A DNA stretch of 64,000 nt from Flavobacteriales bacterium (GCA_947463125.1 CANHQZ010000003.1:26483-90482); one strand, 5' to 3'; counted from the stretch's first letter, positions 18,334-28,631 are shown. A program made the numbers and translations. The notes: generated by a model from the sequence alone, not told the origin.

Positions 18334-19640
18334 TTTTTACGGAAAAACAACGTCACCGGCACACCGGTCAGCGGAAATGCTTCGCGCAGTTTGTTTTCAA
18401 TGAATCGGGAATAACTGTCGGCCACGTACTGCGGCAGGTTGCAAAAGAGGGCAATCGCCAGCCTTTTGGAAGGTAGCTGAGTCACAAACTTAATTTTCAC
18501 GAATTTGCCCTTACGGCTGGGTGGCGGAAACGCTTCCATGATGGGCAACAGATAATCATTCAGTTTGTGGGTGGGTATTTTCATGGTTAGGCCGTCATAC
18601 ACCTGCAGGATGGTTTCCAGGGCCTGAAAAATACGCTGTTTGGTTACTGCCGAGATGTACAAGATCGGCACATCCACAAACGGCGATATTTTGGATTTGA
18701 TATCTTCGGTGTATGCGAGGTGCGTGTTGGTGTCTTTTTCCACCAGATCCCACTTATTTACCAGTATGACAACCCCTTTGCCCAGGCGGTGTGCCATCCA
18801 GAATAGGTTCAAATCCTGCGATTCAAGGCCTTGTGTGGCATCTATCACAATCACCACCACATCGCTGTTTTCCAGTGCGCGCAGGGAGCGCATAACGCTG
18901 TAAAATTCGATGTTTTCGTGAACCTTACTCTTACGGCGAATACCGGCAGTGTCTACCAGAATAAACTCCTTGCCGTAAGCTTTATATTTGGTATCCAGCG
19001 AATCGCGGGTGGTGCCGGCGATATTGGTAACGATGTTGCGCTGGGTGCCTGTGAGGGCGTTCACCAGGCTGCTTTTGCCCACGTTGGGACGTCCCACTAT
19101 TGCGATGCGGGGCAGATCTTCGTCAATGCTGGTATCGGGCGCTTCTTCCTTGAGCCGCGCGGCTACTTCGTCCAGCAAATCGCCGGTGCCGTGCCCGTTG
19201 GCAGAAGATATTTCGAAATACTGGTCGAAGCCAAGGGTGTAGAATACGGAAGCATCCATGCTCAGCCGTTCGTTATCAACCTTGTTCACCACCAGCAGGA
19301 CGGGTTTTTTGGAGCGTCGCAGGATCTGGGCAAACTCTTCATCCAGCGGGTGCACATCGCTCATCACATCCACCACAAACAGCAGCACGGAAGCTTCTTC
19401 TATGGCAATGTGAACCTGTTCGCGGATAGCGGCTTCAAATACATCCGAACTATCGGGTACAAAACCGCCGGTGTCAACCACCGAAAACTCGATGCCGTTC
19501 CATTCCGAAGTGCCATAATGCCGGTCGCGGGTAACGCCGCTCATATCATCAACAATGGCTTTGCGCTCTCCCGTTAAACGGTTGAACAATGTGGATTTAC
19601 CCACATTGGGCCTTCCTACTATGGCTACCAAACGACTCAT
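18330..19640 (-). CDS. der: Ribosome biogenesis GTPase Der (EngA)
   Basis: Two tandem GTPase domains (GRPNVGKST and GRPNVGKSS, DTGG/DTAG, NKVD/NKWD) plus a KH-like C-terminus. Confidence 0.95.
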   Translation of the reverse strand: MSRLVAIVGRPNVGKSTLFNRLTGERKAIVDDMSGVTRDRHYGTSEWNGIEFSVVDTGGFVPDSSDVFEAAIREQVHIAIEEASVLLFVVDVMSDVHPLDEEFAQILRRSKKPVLLVVNKVDNERLSMDASVFYTLGFDQYFEISSANGHGTGDLLDEVAARLKEEAPDTSIDEDLPRIAIVGRPNVGKSSLVNALTGTQRNIVTNIAGTTRDSLDTKYKAYGKEFILVDTAGIRRKSKVHENIEFYSVMRSLRALENSDVVVIVIDATQGLESQDLNLFWMAHRLGKGVVILVNKWDLVEKDTNTHLAYTEDIKSKISPFVDVPILYISAVTKQRIFQALETILQVYDGLTMKIPTHKLNDYLLPIMEAFPPPSRKGKFVKIKFVTQLPSKRLAIALFCNLPQYVADSYSRFIENKLREAFPLTGVPVTLFFRKK

Positions 19641-19676
19641 AATTAGCTACAAAGATACGGCTTAATTTTCAGGGCT

Positions 19677-19684
19677 TACCTTTG
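19677..19684 (+). promoter_or_regulatory. Candidate -7 promoter box TACCTTTG, 4 nt upstream of the folA ATG
   Basis: Perfect TAnnTTTG match. The spacing implies a leaderless or nearly leaderless folA mRNA. Confidence 0.35.
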
Positions 19685-19688
19685 CGGT

Positions 19689-20198
19689 ATGTCTTCTCAT
19701 TGTATTTCGGCCATTGCTGCCGTGGGAAAAGGCCTGGAACTGGGCGCAGGCAACGATTTGCTGTGGCATCTGCCCGATGATTTTTCCTGGTTTGTACAAC
19801 ATACCCGTGGGAAACCCGTTATAATGGGCAGAAAAACTATGCAAAGCCTGGGTAAGCCATTAAAAAACCGTTTGAATATTGTGATTACCCGAAACCCGGA
19901 AAGTGTGATGGAAGGTTTTTATGCAGTAGATAGCCTTGAAAAAGCTTTGGAATATGCTAAATCGCAATATAACGATGAGATATTTATCATCGGTGGTGGA
20001 GAAATTTACAAGCAATCTTTAACCTTGCTGGATAAATTGTATATCACAGAAGTCGATGGGGTTTTTCCGGGGGCAGATACGTTTTTCCCTGAATATGACA
20101 AAGCCTTTTGGAAAGAGACTTTCAGGGAGCATCATCCTGTGGATGAAAAACACCCATACGCATTTGATTTTGTGATTCTGGAAAGAAAAAATGCCTAG
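19689..20198 (+). CDS. folA: Dihydrofolate reductase
   Basis: ISAIAAV...G.GNDLLWHLPDDF..F...T.GKPVIMGRKT...IGGGEIY pattern. Confidence 0.9.
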   Translation: MSSHCISAIAAVGKGLELGAGNDLLWHLPDDFSWFVQHTRGKPVIMGRKTMQSLGKPLKNRLNIVITRNPESVMEGFYAVDSLEKALEYAKSQYNDEIFIIGGGEIYKQSLTLLDKLYITEVDGVFPGADTFFPEYDKAFWKETFREHHPVDEKHPYAFDFVILERKNA

Positions 20199-21582
20199 TT
20201 TTAACCGATATATCGGTTTGCTGTTATGTTTTAGTATTCACATCCTATTTGCTCAAAATAGTATACCTAATCGCAATATAGCGATAATAGGGAATCGTAT
20301 TACCAAAGAAGAAGTTGTTTTTAGGGAATTGGGCCTCAAAAAAATTGAGAATACCATATTTAATGATAGTTTGAAAACACTTTGGATACAGCGCATAAGC
20401 GATTTGGGATTGTTTACACACGTAGAAATACAATCGACCAATGATTCTGCTTTTATACTGTTAAAAGAGAAAAAATACACCTGGTTTTTGCCTGAATTTA
20501 CATGGGCAGACCGCAATTTTAATGTTTGGTGGCAGGAAAAAGATCCGTCACGTTTAATTTACGGAGGGACATTGTTTTTGAATAATCTCAAGGGACGTAA
20601 CCATTCACTCGCACTGCAGGCCATTCACGGATACAACCGCAGTTACTCGGCTCACTTTAGTAGGCCTTTCCCAACCTACAACAAGGGCTATTCCTACAGT
20701 ATTGGTGCCGGCTATTGGAGCAACCATGAATTGTGGTATAAAACTTTCGGTGACAAACTGCAGTTTTTGCGGGTAGAATCGGAGCCCGTGCAGCGGAATG
20801 CATGGCTGAACGGGATGCTCAGAAAGCGATTGAGCTATTACAGTTTTTTGGAATGGCATATTAATTATGGGACCTATCGTTTTTCTGATTCTGCTGTGAA
20901 AAAGGATGAATGGGTTGTTAAGCAATACATGGCCGGACAAAACGGAGATTATGCAGGCATTGGCTTTGCATATACCACCGATCACCGCAAGCAGCGGCAT
21001 TATCCTGTGGATGGTTATTATTTCAAAACAGGGATGAATTACACGCGCTTGAATCCCCTGCTTCGTTCCCCTTTAATCCTTCAGGGTTACATGAAGGCAA
21101 ATTATTTTAAACCGATAGGCAATTGGGTGTTTACCAATGCCCTGCAGGTTTCCTATAATGAGGATATGAATGCACTACAGGTGGGCTCTTTGCCCTATGT
21201 GTTTTCTCGGCAGCTTGGCTATGAAAACCGCTATGTGCGGGGCTATGAGCCGTATGTGGCAGACGGTATGGGTTTTGTGTTGGGTAAAACCGGTCTGAGA
21301 AGGCCTATTTACAGGCATTCCGGGAAGAAAGTTCCCGGATTGGCAGCATTTAAAAATTACCGTACCCTGCCCGTTAGTGTCTGGTGTACTATCTTTGCGG
21401 ATGCAGGCCGTGTTATCAGACCGGTAATGTTGCCTGAAAATACCCTGAATTCCCGCTGGATGACAGGTGCAGGAATCGGCGTTGATGTGATAGTGTGGTA
21501 CACCGCCATGTCGCGCTTCGAACTGAGCCGCAACCACTGGGGAAACTGGGTGTTTAATATGTCTTTTACAAACGCTTTTTAA
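20191..21582 (+). CDS. Omp85/BamA-family outer membrane protein (single POTRA-like N-terminus)
   Basis: Signal peptide, POTRA-like segment (IAIIGNRITKEEVVFRELGLK...), and a beta-barrel with a terminal aromatic residue (FTNAF). Confidence 0.65.
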   Translation: MPSFNRYIGLLLCFSIHILFAQNSIPNRNIAIIGNRITKEEVVFRELGLKKIENTIFNDSLKTLWIQRISDLGLFTHVEIQSTNDSAFILLKEKKYTWFLPEFTWADRNFNVWWQEKDPSRLIYGGTLFLNNLKGRNHSLALQAIHGYNRSYSAHFSRPFPTYNKGYSYSIGAGYWSNHELWYKTFGDKLQFLRVESEPVQRNAWLNGMLRKRLSYYSFLEWHINYGTYRFSDSAVKKDEWVVKQYMAGQNGDYAGIGFAYTTDHRKQRHYPVDGYYFKTGMNYTRLNPLLRSPLILQGYMKANYFKPIGNWVFTNALQVSYNEDMNALQVGSLPYVFSRQLGYENRYVRGYEPYVADGMGFVLGKTGLRRPIYRHSGKKVPGLAAFKNYRTLPVSVWCTIFADAGRVIRPVMLPENTLNSRWMTGAGIGVDVIVWYTAMSRFELSRNHWGNWVFNMSFTNAF

Positions 21583-21584
21583 GC

Positions 21585-22463
21585 ATGAAAATAGGGGTAT
21601 ACGCCAAATCAGTCAGGGATCATAAGCATGAGTCGGGTTTTAACCTGTTGCTCGATACCCTGAACCGCCGGGGGCACGAAGTGTGGTGTACCCAGTCTTT
21701 GGTGGATTACGTGCAAATGCATGGTGGTACCGAATTCAAGCTGAATACGTTTCAATATCTTTCAGCCAAAGAGCCGTTGCTCGATTTGCTGATTTGTGTG
21801 GGAGGCGACGGCACCATGCTTGATGCCATTTCACTGGTGCGCGACAGCAATGTGCCTGTTTTGGGTTTGAATACGGGCCGTCTGGGCTTTTTGGCCGGCA
21901 TTTCTGTAGAAGGGATAGACAAGGCCATTACCGATGTGGAGCGTGGAAACTATACAATTGAAAGCAGAGCCCTGCTTCAACTGGAATCTACCACCAAATT
22001 GTTTGATTACGGTTTTGCCCTCAATGATTTTGTGATTCACAAAAAAGAAACCTCGAGTATGATTGTGGTTCATACCTATCTGAACGGTGAGTTTATGAAC
22101 AGCTACTGGAGCGATGGGTTGATTATTTCGACACCCACAGGCTCTACCGGTTATTCACTGAGCTGCGGCGGACCCATTATTTTTCCGGGTACTGATAATT
22201 TTGTTATTACGCCCATTGCCCCGCATAACCTAAATGTAAGGCCGGTCGTGGTGAGCGATAACCTGGTTATAAGCTTTGAAATTGAAGGAAGGGCCGGCAG
22301 TTATCTGGCATCGCTCGATGCCCGAAGCCAGTCTATCAGCGGCGAAACGCATATGGCGGTGCGCAAAGCCGACCACGAATTAAAAATATTGCGTCTGCAC
22401 GGCGATCATTTTATGGATACCCTCAGAAATAAGCTCAGCTGGGGTTTTGACAAGCGCAATTGA
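21585..22463 (+). CDS. nadK: NAD kinase
   Basis: GGDGT motif (VGGDGTMLDA), NxGxLGFL (NTGRLGFLA), and TPTGSTGYSLS motif. Confidence 0.9.
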   Translation: MKIGVYAKSVRDHKHESGFNLLLDTLNRRGHEVWCTQSLVDYVQMHGGTEFKLNTFQYLSAKEPLLDLLICVGGDGTMLDAISLVRDSNVPVLGLNTGRLGFLAGISVEGIDKAITDVERGNYTIESRALLQLESTTKLFDYGFALNDFVIHKKETSSMIVVHTYLNGEFMNSYWSDGLIISTPTGSTGYSLSCGGPIIFPGTDNFVITPIAPHNLNVRPVVVSDNLVISFEIEGRAGSYLASLDARSQSISGETHMAVRKADHELKILRLHGDHFMDTLRNKLSWGFDKRN

Positions 22464-23578
22464 AGAAAATATTTGCCATTATCAGTATCTTTTTTGTTTT
22501 TGGGCTAAGCGCCCAGAACATTCCTAAAATCGGCACTGACACGACTGTGGATGTGGCCTGCTGGAATACCGAGTGGCTCGGAGATGCGCAGTTCGGGCCT
22601 ACCAATGAAGTAACCCAAATGAAAAACGTGGTAGCCATCATGAAAGGCATGGACCTCGATTTATGGGGCATGTGTGAGGTGAGCAGTTCTGCGGCCTGGG
22701 ATACACTTAGGGCAAGGCTTCCTGGTTTTGACGGTGTGATTTCTACCTGGTCTCAAACGCAGAAAACAGCACTGATTTACCGCAAGGGCATGTTTAGGGT
22801 GCTGAATGCACAACATATTCTGGCTGTGTACGAGCGCGAGTTTGCCTCGGGACGTCTGCCGCTGGAAGTAATGCTGGAAGTGAATTCCGGCGTTAAAAAA
22901 GATACGGTCTATGCAATCGTACTGCATTTAAAAGCCAACACCGGCACCACGGCTGAGAAAGCGGAATCCTATGATTTTCGGAAGCGCAGCAGTGAGGCAT
23001 TGAAGGATTATATGGATGCCCGTAAATCGAGGAAGTTTTTGGTTATCGGAGATTGGAACGACGATCTGGACGTAAGCATTTACAATAACCTCGCCACGCC
23101 CTTTGCACGCATTCTTGCCGATACAGCCGGATATTTTTATCCCAGCAGGGCGCTTACCTTATCAGGGCAACGAAGTACAACCTCATTCAGCAACATGATT
23201 GATCACCAGATGGTGAACCGCAGTTTGAGGCCGTATTATGTGGCAAATTCAGCGGCTGTTTTCCGTGCCGATGCATACATTACCGGATATGGCAGCAATA
23301 CATCCGATCATTATCCCGTGTATGCCCGCTACGATTTTCGCCGTACACTACCCACGGTTTCAGTGAGGCATGTAGTCAGGGAAATGGTTTTTGATGGCAC
23401 ACAGTGGCATTGCAAGGGGTGTGCCGAGCCATACTACTGCAGTGTTTTCAGTACTGCAGGAAAACTTGTGTATGAAGGTTCTCCCAAACTGCATCCGGAT
23501 TTACCTTCCGGTTGTTTGATTGTGGAATGGCGCTTTTGGGATGGTTCGGTGCTTCGCAAATTGTGGCTTAGACCGTAG
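22460..23578 (+). CDS. Secreted endonuclease/exonuclease/phosphatase (EEP) family protein, possible T9SS-type C-terminal domain
   Basis: Signal peptide. EEP motifs (WN.EW, GD.N, SDH.PV). The C-terminal ~75 aa beta-rich tail may be a sorting domain. Confidence 0.7.
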   Translation: MKKIFAIISIFFVFGLSAQNIPKIGTDTTVDVACWNTEWLGDAQFGPTNEVTQMKNVVAIMKGMDLDLWGMCEVSSSAAWDTLRARLPGFDGVISTWSQTQKTALIYRKGMFRVLNAQHILAVYEREFASGRLPLEVMLEVNSGVKKDTVYAIVLHLKANTGTTAEKAESYDFRKRSSEALKDYMDARKSRKFLVIGDWNDDLDVSIYNNLATPFARILADTAGYFYPSRALTLSGQRSTTSFSNMIDHQMVNRSLRPYYVANSAAVFRADAYITGYGSNTSDHYPVYARYDFRRTLPTVSVRHVVREMVFDGTQWHCKGCAEPYYCSVFSTAGKLVYEGSPKLHPDLPSGCLIVEWRFWDGSVLRKLWLRP

Positions 23579-23628
23579 TCTTTAGCGACTCAGAAAACAC
23601 TTTATAACCCAACTGTATCTTTGCTGCA

Positions 23629-24228
23629 ATGCAAGTGGTCTATCGCGCAATTTCGTACCTGCTGTATCCCGGCAGTATGGCTGTGTTGGGACTTGGTTTT
23701 GCGCACCGCATTCATCCGGTTTCTGACATTGTTTGGGTTTGGTTTTTGCTCGGGTCGGTTGTTTTTCCATTGGTATCGCTGGCCCTTCTGATAAGACTGG
23801 GCAAGGTGTCCGATATATTTGTTTTTAAACGCGAACAGCGGCATGTGCTTTATGCGCTCGGCATTGTATTTTCCGGTATTGCTTCATGGTTTATTTTTCG
23901 CGAGAATGCCATCCCCGCGATGATTTGGAGTATTAACAATACAGTAGTTCTGGCGTTGCTTTTTGTAATCAATTTTATGGGTTACAAGATATCGGCTCAC
24001 ATGGCCGGTGCCGCCGGATTGCTGGGTTGGGTCATGAGCCTTCAAATGGCTACAGCACCCGTTTTTTCCGCATTTTTGATGGTGTTGGCCGTATATGGAG
24101 CACGAAAGGGATTGTCTGCCCACAGCCATTTTGAACTTTTACTCGGTTTTTGCCTTGGATTATTTGTTACATTTGCATTGGCTTGCTTGTTGCTGACCCA
24201 CTATGGAATCTCCTGCAGTTTTATATGA
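23629..24228 (+). CDS. Integral membrane protein, weak PAP2-like features
   Basis: Five to six predicted TM helices. SAH/His-containing segments (KISAHMAG, SAHSHFELLLG) faintly resemble PAP2 motifs. Weak call. Confidence 0.45.
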   Translation: MQVVYRAISYLLYPGSMAVLGLGFAHRIHPVSDIVWVWFLLGSVVFPLVSLALLIRLGKVSDIFVFKREQRHVLYALGIVFSGIASWFIFRENAIPAMIWSINNTVVLALLFVINFMGYKISAHMAGAAGLLGWVMSLQMATAPVFSAFLMVLAVYGARKGLSAHSHFELLLGFCLGLFVTFALACLLLTHYGISCSFI

Positions 24229-24985
24229 AAAAGAGGGCAATGTAGCCCGGATTACCCTCAACCGTCCCGACGTTTTTAATGCTTTTAATGATGATCAGAG
24301 CTATCAGTTGCAGGATGCACTGAAGCAAGCTGCGAAAGACGATGAGGTACGTGTGCTGGTGCTGACCGGTGCAGGAAAGGCTTTTTGCAGCGGGCAGGAT
24401 TTAAAAGCCATCGCGGGTAGTAAAAACCGCAGCCTTAGCGAAAGTCTTTACAAGCGTTATAACCCCATTATCCGAGCCATGCGCGAGATGCCCAAGCCCA
24501 TCATTGGCAGGATAAACGGTGTGGCCGCAGGTGCGGGAGCATCATTGGCACTGGCATGTGATTTTATTGTTGCAGCTGAACATGTTTCGCTGATTGAAGT
24601 TTTTGTGAATGTAGGGTTGGTGCCCGATAGTGGTAGCAGCTATTTTCTTCCCAAAGCGATATCGCCGGCACGGGCGTTCGAAATGTGTACCATGGCTCAG
24701 AAAGTGACTGCACAGCAGGCACTGGAATGGGGTTTAATCAACAGGGTGGTGTCGGCTGAGCTGCTGGATGAAGAGGTGGCGAAGGCCGCCGATTATTATG
24801 CGAAGGCTCCCACGCTCGCCATTGGCATGATAAAAAAGATGCTGAATAAAGCCACGCATTCTGATCTGGAGACCATGCTTCAGTACGAGGCATATTGCCA
24901 GGAAATAGCGGGCCGTAGCGAGGATTACCGCGAAGGTGTAACTGCATTTAATGAGAAAAGAAAACCCGAATTCAAAGGAAAATAA
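24203..24985 (+). CDS. Enoyl-CoA hydratase/isomerase family protein
   Basis: Crotonase-fold pattern (ITLNRP...NA, LTGAGKAFCSGQDL, INGVAAGAG). Confidence 0.85.
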   Translation: MESPAVLYEKEGNVARITLNRPDVFNAFNDDQSYQLQDALKQAAKDDEVRVLVLTGAGKAFCSGQDLKAIAGSKNRSLSESLYKRYNPIIRAMREMPKPIIGRINGVAAGAGASLALACDFIVAAEHVSLIEVFVNVGLVPDSGSSYFLPKAISPARAFEMCTMAQKVTAQQALEWGLINRVVSAELLDEEVAKAADYYAKAPTLAIGMIKKMLNKATHSDLETMLQYEAYCQEIAGRSEDYREGVTAFNEKRKPEFKGK

Positions 24986-24989
24986 TTAC

Positions 24990-26348
24990 ATGAAACATCT
25001 TTACCTGATACTTTTTGCCTTCATTTTTAATACAGTGGGAGCACAGACGCCCACAATTGAACGCTGCGGACACGATCATGTAATGGAAAATTTGGAAAAG
25101 CAATATCCTGGGTTCAGGGCAGCTTATGACAAATCCTATGTTCAATGTGTTAACGGTCCAAAAGTGCTGCCAAGAAAACTCAAAATTCGAGATACCACGT
25201 ACTTTTTTGATACCATCTATACTATTCCTGTTGTTTTTCATATCCTTTACAACAATACCAATGAAAACCTGCATGACAGCTTGGTATTCAATCAGCTGGA
25301 GGTTTTGAACCAGGATTTCAGCCGGTTAAACCCGGACACAGGAAATACGCGAAGTATTTTTAAAAGCAGGGCAGGTAGCACCCGTTTCAAATTTGTGCTT
25401 GCTACTTCAGATCCTTCCGGGAATCCCACCACGGGCATTGTTCGTAAAAGCACAACCCTTACTAATTTTTCATTTAACAATGACAACATTAAATTTTCTG
25501 CACAAGGTGGAAACAATGCCTGGAATCCGCTCAAATATTTGAATGTTTGGGTTGGCGATTTGCAGGTGCCGAATCAGGGTAGTTTGGTTCTGGGATATGC
25601 ATACCCGCCATTTGGGCATCCCAACTGGCCTAGTTCATCATGGGTTGGCAACAACAATCAGGGTGTGGTCATTCATTTTCAGGTTTTTGGTCGCAACAAT
25701 CCTAGGGCCGCAGGAACATTGGCAGCCAACCGCAGGGGCAGGGTTGCAACGCACGAATTCGGTCATTACTTTGGTCTACGTCATATCTGGGGTGATCCGC
25801 CTTTTTTCACCCCGGGATGTTCTGTGGATGATTATCTTTTTGATACACCTAACCAAGCTTCCCGAAGTAACTTCAATTGTAATCTGGGGGTGAATACGTG
25901 TACAGATCCTAAAGATGACCTGCCTGACATGATAGAGAATTACATGGACTACAGTTCCGAGACTTGCCAGAATATGTTCAGTCGGCAGCAAATTCAGGTG
26001 ATGCGCTCAGCCATTAAGGATTATCGTTCTGCTTTGCCCATCAAGGTTGAGTTTGTGCAGAAAATGCGCATTTTCGACACATTTGTATACAATGAAGTAA
26101 AGATTTTTGCCCGTAACAGCAACCAGACTGCCGTAGTGGAAGTTACCAATGAAGAATTGCTGAATACCTTAACGCTGAATGTATACGATGCAGCCGGACG
26201 ATTGATGGTAGAAGATATGCCTGTTAGGCGTAACGAGGAGATTATTTCTACCGCACGTTATGCTCCCGGGGTATATATTTTCCAGCTGAAGCGCGCTGAT
26301 ACCCGCAAGCCGGTGAAGACCGAAAAGCTATTTATCAACAAAAGTTGA
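24990..26348 (+). CDS. Secreted M43-type (pappalysin/cytophagalysin-like) zinc metalloprotease with T9SS C-terminal domain
   Basis: Signal peptide from the second ATG (MKHLYLILFAFIF). Extended zinc motif HEFGHYFGLRH. C-terminal sorting domain (LNVYDAAGRLM...GVYIFQLK...KLFINKS). Confidence 0.8.
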   Translation: MKHLYLILFAFIFNTVGAQTPTIERCGHDHVMENLEKQYPGFRAAYDKSYVQCVNGPKVLPRKLKIRDTTYFFDTIYTIPVVFHILYNNTNENLHDSLVFNQLEVLNQDFSRLNPDTGNTRSIFKSRAGSTRFKFVLATSDPSGNPTTGIVRKSTTLTNFSFNNDNIKFSAQGGNNAWNPLKYLNVWVGDLQVPNQGSLVLGYAYPPFGHPNWPSSSWVGNNNQGVVIHFQVFGRNNPRAAGTLAANRRGRVATHEFGHYFGLRHIWGDPPFFTPGCSVDDYLFDTPNQASRSNFNCNLGVNTCTDPKDDLPDMIENYMDYSSETCQNMFSRQQIQVMRSAIKDYRSALPIKVEFVQKMRIFDTFVYNEVKIFARNSNQTAVVEVTNEELLNTLTLNVYDAAGRLMVEDMPVRRNEEIISTARYAPGVYIFQLKRADTRKPVKTEKLFINKS

Positions 26349-27049
26349 GCAACGGCAAACTCTACCTCGTAGCCACGCCGGTTGGCAATCTGGCGGATAT
26401 GACATTCAGGGCGGTGGAAACGCTCAAAATGGCGGATGCTGTGCTGGCTGAGGATACCCGTAACAGTAAGATATTATTTAATCATTACGGTATTCAAACA
26501 CCGCTGGAATCGCTGCATCAGCACAATGAGCATCACCGGCTCACGGGAATTATTGAACGTTTGAAGAAAGGGGCTGTGTTGGCGCAGATTTCGGATGCGG
26601 GCACGCCCGGTATCTCCGATCCCGGATTTTTACTGGCCAGAGCCTGCGTTGAAAATGATATACCTGTGGAAGTTATTCCCGGTGCCACGGCTTTTATCCC
26701 GGCGTTGCTAAAAAGCGGTTTTGCCTTGCATAGGTTTGTATTTGAAGGGTTTTTACCCCAGAAGAAAGGCCGTCAGACCAAATTGTTGCAGATGCTTGCA
26801 CAGCCGTGTACGGTAGTTTTCTATGAGAGTCCGCACAAACTGCTGAAAACCCTTCAGGCATTGAAAGAACTCGGCGCCGGAGAAAGAAAAATCAGCGTAA
26901 GCCGCGAGCTGACCAAGAAATTTGAAGAAACCCTGAATGGCAGCGCAGATGAGCTAATTGACCACTTCTCGAAGCACGCGCCCAAGGGCGAATTTGTGGT
27001 GGTTCTGCAAGGTACTGACTACAAGCAGGAGGAAGCGGCCGATGAATAA
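26345..27049 (+). CDS. rsmI: 16S rRNA (cytidine1402-2'-O)-methyltransferase
   Basis: LYLVATPVGNL.D.T.RA...L......AEDTR and SDAGTPGISDPG motifs. Confidence 0.9.
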   Translation: MSNGKLYLVATPVGNLADMTFRAVETLKMADAVLAEDTRNSKILFNHYGIQTPLESLHQHNEHHRLTGIIERLKKGAVLAQISDAGTPGISDPGFLLARACVENDIPVEVIPGATAFIPALLKSGFALHRFVFEGFLPQKKGRQTKLLQMLAQPCTVVFYESPHKLLKTLQALKELGAGERKISVSRELTKKFEETLNGSADELIDHFSKHAPKGEFVVVLQGTDYKQEEAADE

Positions 27050-28631
27050 ATGGAAATGGCTGTATTACCTGCTGGCACCTGGCATTTGCCTGTGGCTGGC
27101 CTGGCCGCCTATCGGCATATTTGTGTTGCTTTTTGTGGGATTTGTGCCTCTGTTGCAGTTGCAGGAAGATTGGCAGGAGCGCAGCGGTTTGAAATGGTGG
27201 ATACGCTTATACGGCGCACTGTTTTTCTGGAACGTTTTCACCACCTGGTGGGTTTGGAACAGCACCGCTCCCGGCGCAGTGGCCATGCTGGTGCTGAATT
27301 CACTTTTCATGACCCTTCCATGGGTGCTGTATCGCTTTTGCCACAAGAAACTGGGAGACCCTGCGATTTATCTGTTAGTGATTTTCTGGCTTATCTATGA
27401 ATATCTTCATCATCGCTGGGATTTAAGTTGGCCCTGGCTAACGCTGGGAAATGGACTGGCCTCTGCACCCTGGCTGATACAATGGTATGACATTACCGGC
27501 ACGTTGGGAGGATCTGCCTTTGTGCTGGCCATGAATGTACTGATATGGAAAACATGGAAATACCGCAGCCGTAATTACGGGCTGGCAGCCACCGGGCTGC
27601 TGGTATTTGTATGGGCTTCTTCTGTTTTCAGTGCCTGGAAATGGAAGCGTACAGTATCACCGGATACCCCTGTAACTGTAGCTGTTTGCCAGCCTAGTTA
27701 TGATCCCTGGAATGAGAAGTTTTCAAGGCCCTCGTCCGAAATGGTGGAAGAAATGCTGGAACTCAGCAAAAAGGCTGTAGATAAAAATACATACCTGTTG
27801 GTATGGCCGGAAACCAGCATCACTTCTTCCATTGATGTGGATCATCCGTCGCAGCATCCGGACGTGAATTCCATCGCGACTTTTCGCAAGGATTTTCCTT
27901 CGCTTCATGTTCTTACAGGAGCGGATATGCAGCAGGTTTATGAAAACTGTAAGGAGCGTCCCAATGGTACGGCACGGCCCACCCAGGATCCCACTTTGTG
28001 GTGGAATGCGTATAACAGTGCTGTTCTGATTGGCGACAAACCCCTTCAGTATTACCATAAAAGCCTACTGGTACCCGGTACCGAGCAGATGCCTTTTGCT
28101 CAGTATTTTCCTTGGATAGACAAACTTGCGGTGAAGCTTGATGAAAACTCTATTTCCGGAAGTTTGGGGAAAAGCCCCGCGCCGAAGGTGTTTGATGCCG
28201 GTATTATTAAAGTGGCACCCATCATTTGCTATGAAAGCATATACGGCGATTATACAGGCCGTTTCGTGAAAGACAGCGCCGATGTGTTATGTGTGATAAC
28301 CAACGATGCCTGGTGGGGCAATACGCCGGGTTATCAGCAGCATTTGGCATTTGCCCGATTGCGGGCCATAGAACACCGACGCTGGCTGCTGCGAAGTGCA
28401 AATACGGGAATTTCGGGTTTTATCAATCCTTACGGTGATATTGTAAAAGCTACAGAATGGTGGGAGAAGACAGCCATATCAGAGCGGATTGATATTGATA
28501 GCAAACGTAAACTGACATTATATACCCGAATGGGCGATGGGCTGTGGCTGCTGATTTTGAGTGGAATCTGCCTTGCTCTGGGAGCAGCTTACTACCTTCG
28601 GTTACAAAAGCAGGCTACACGCCCCGCGTGA
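27042..28631 (+). CDS. lnt: Apolipoprotein N-acyltransferase
   Basis: N-terminal polytopic membrane region plus a C-terminal nitrilase-type CN-hydrolase domain (WPE, ICYES catalytic Cys). The ATG at 27042 overlaps the rsmI 3' end. Confidence 0.85.
   Translation: MNKWKWLYYLLAPGICLWLAWPPIGIFVLLFVGFVPLLQLQEDWQERSGLKWWIRLYGALFFWNVFTTWWVWNSTAPGAVAMLVLNSLFMTLPWVLYRFCHKKLGDPAIYLLVIFWLIYEYLHHRWDLSWPWLTLGNGLASAPWLIQWYDITGTLGGSAFVLAMNVLIWKTWKYRSRNYGLAATGLLVFVWASSVFSAWKWKRTVSPDTPVTVAVCQPSYDPWNEKFSRPSSEMVEEMLELSKKAVDKNTYLLVWPETSITSSIDVDHPSQHPDVNSIATFRKDFPSLHVLTGADMQQVYENCKERPNGTARPTQDPTLWWNAYNSAVLIGDKPLQYYHKSLLVPGTEQMPFAQYFPWIDKLAVKLDENSISGSLGKSPAPKVFDAGIIKVAPIICYESIYGDYTGRFVKDSADVLCVITNDAWWGNTPGYQQHLAFARLRAIEHRRWLLRSANTGISGFINPYGDIVKATEWWEKTAISERIDIDSKRKLTLYTRMGDGLWLLILSGICLALGAAYYLRLQKQATRPA

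Noticed and set aside
18831-19577. A 248 aa ORF antisense to der. Similar antisense ORFs occur in ftsH (30591-31292), the GH13 gene (46988-47677), susC (51127-51648) and elsewhere.
   Set aside because: All are embedded in genes with strong family signatures on the opposite strand, have no recognisable motifs, and are the usual stop-poor antisense frames of moderately GC-rich coding sequence.
28615-28631. A 17 bp overlap of the convergent 3' ends of lnt and the AI-2E transporter gene, and the CATG overlap of the divergent ABC and GNAT start codons at 16765-16768
   Set aside because: These are most simply explained by compact genome organisation and by start-codon ambiguity (GNAT may start at GTG 16802). 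On their own they do not indicate antisense regulation.
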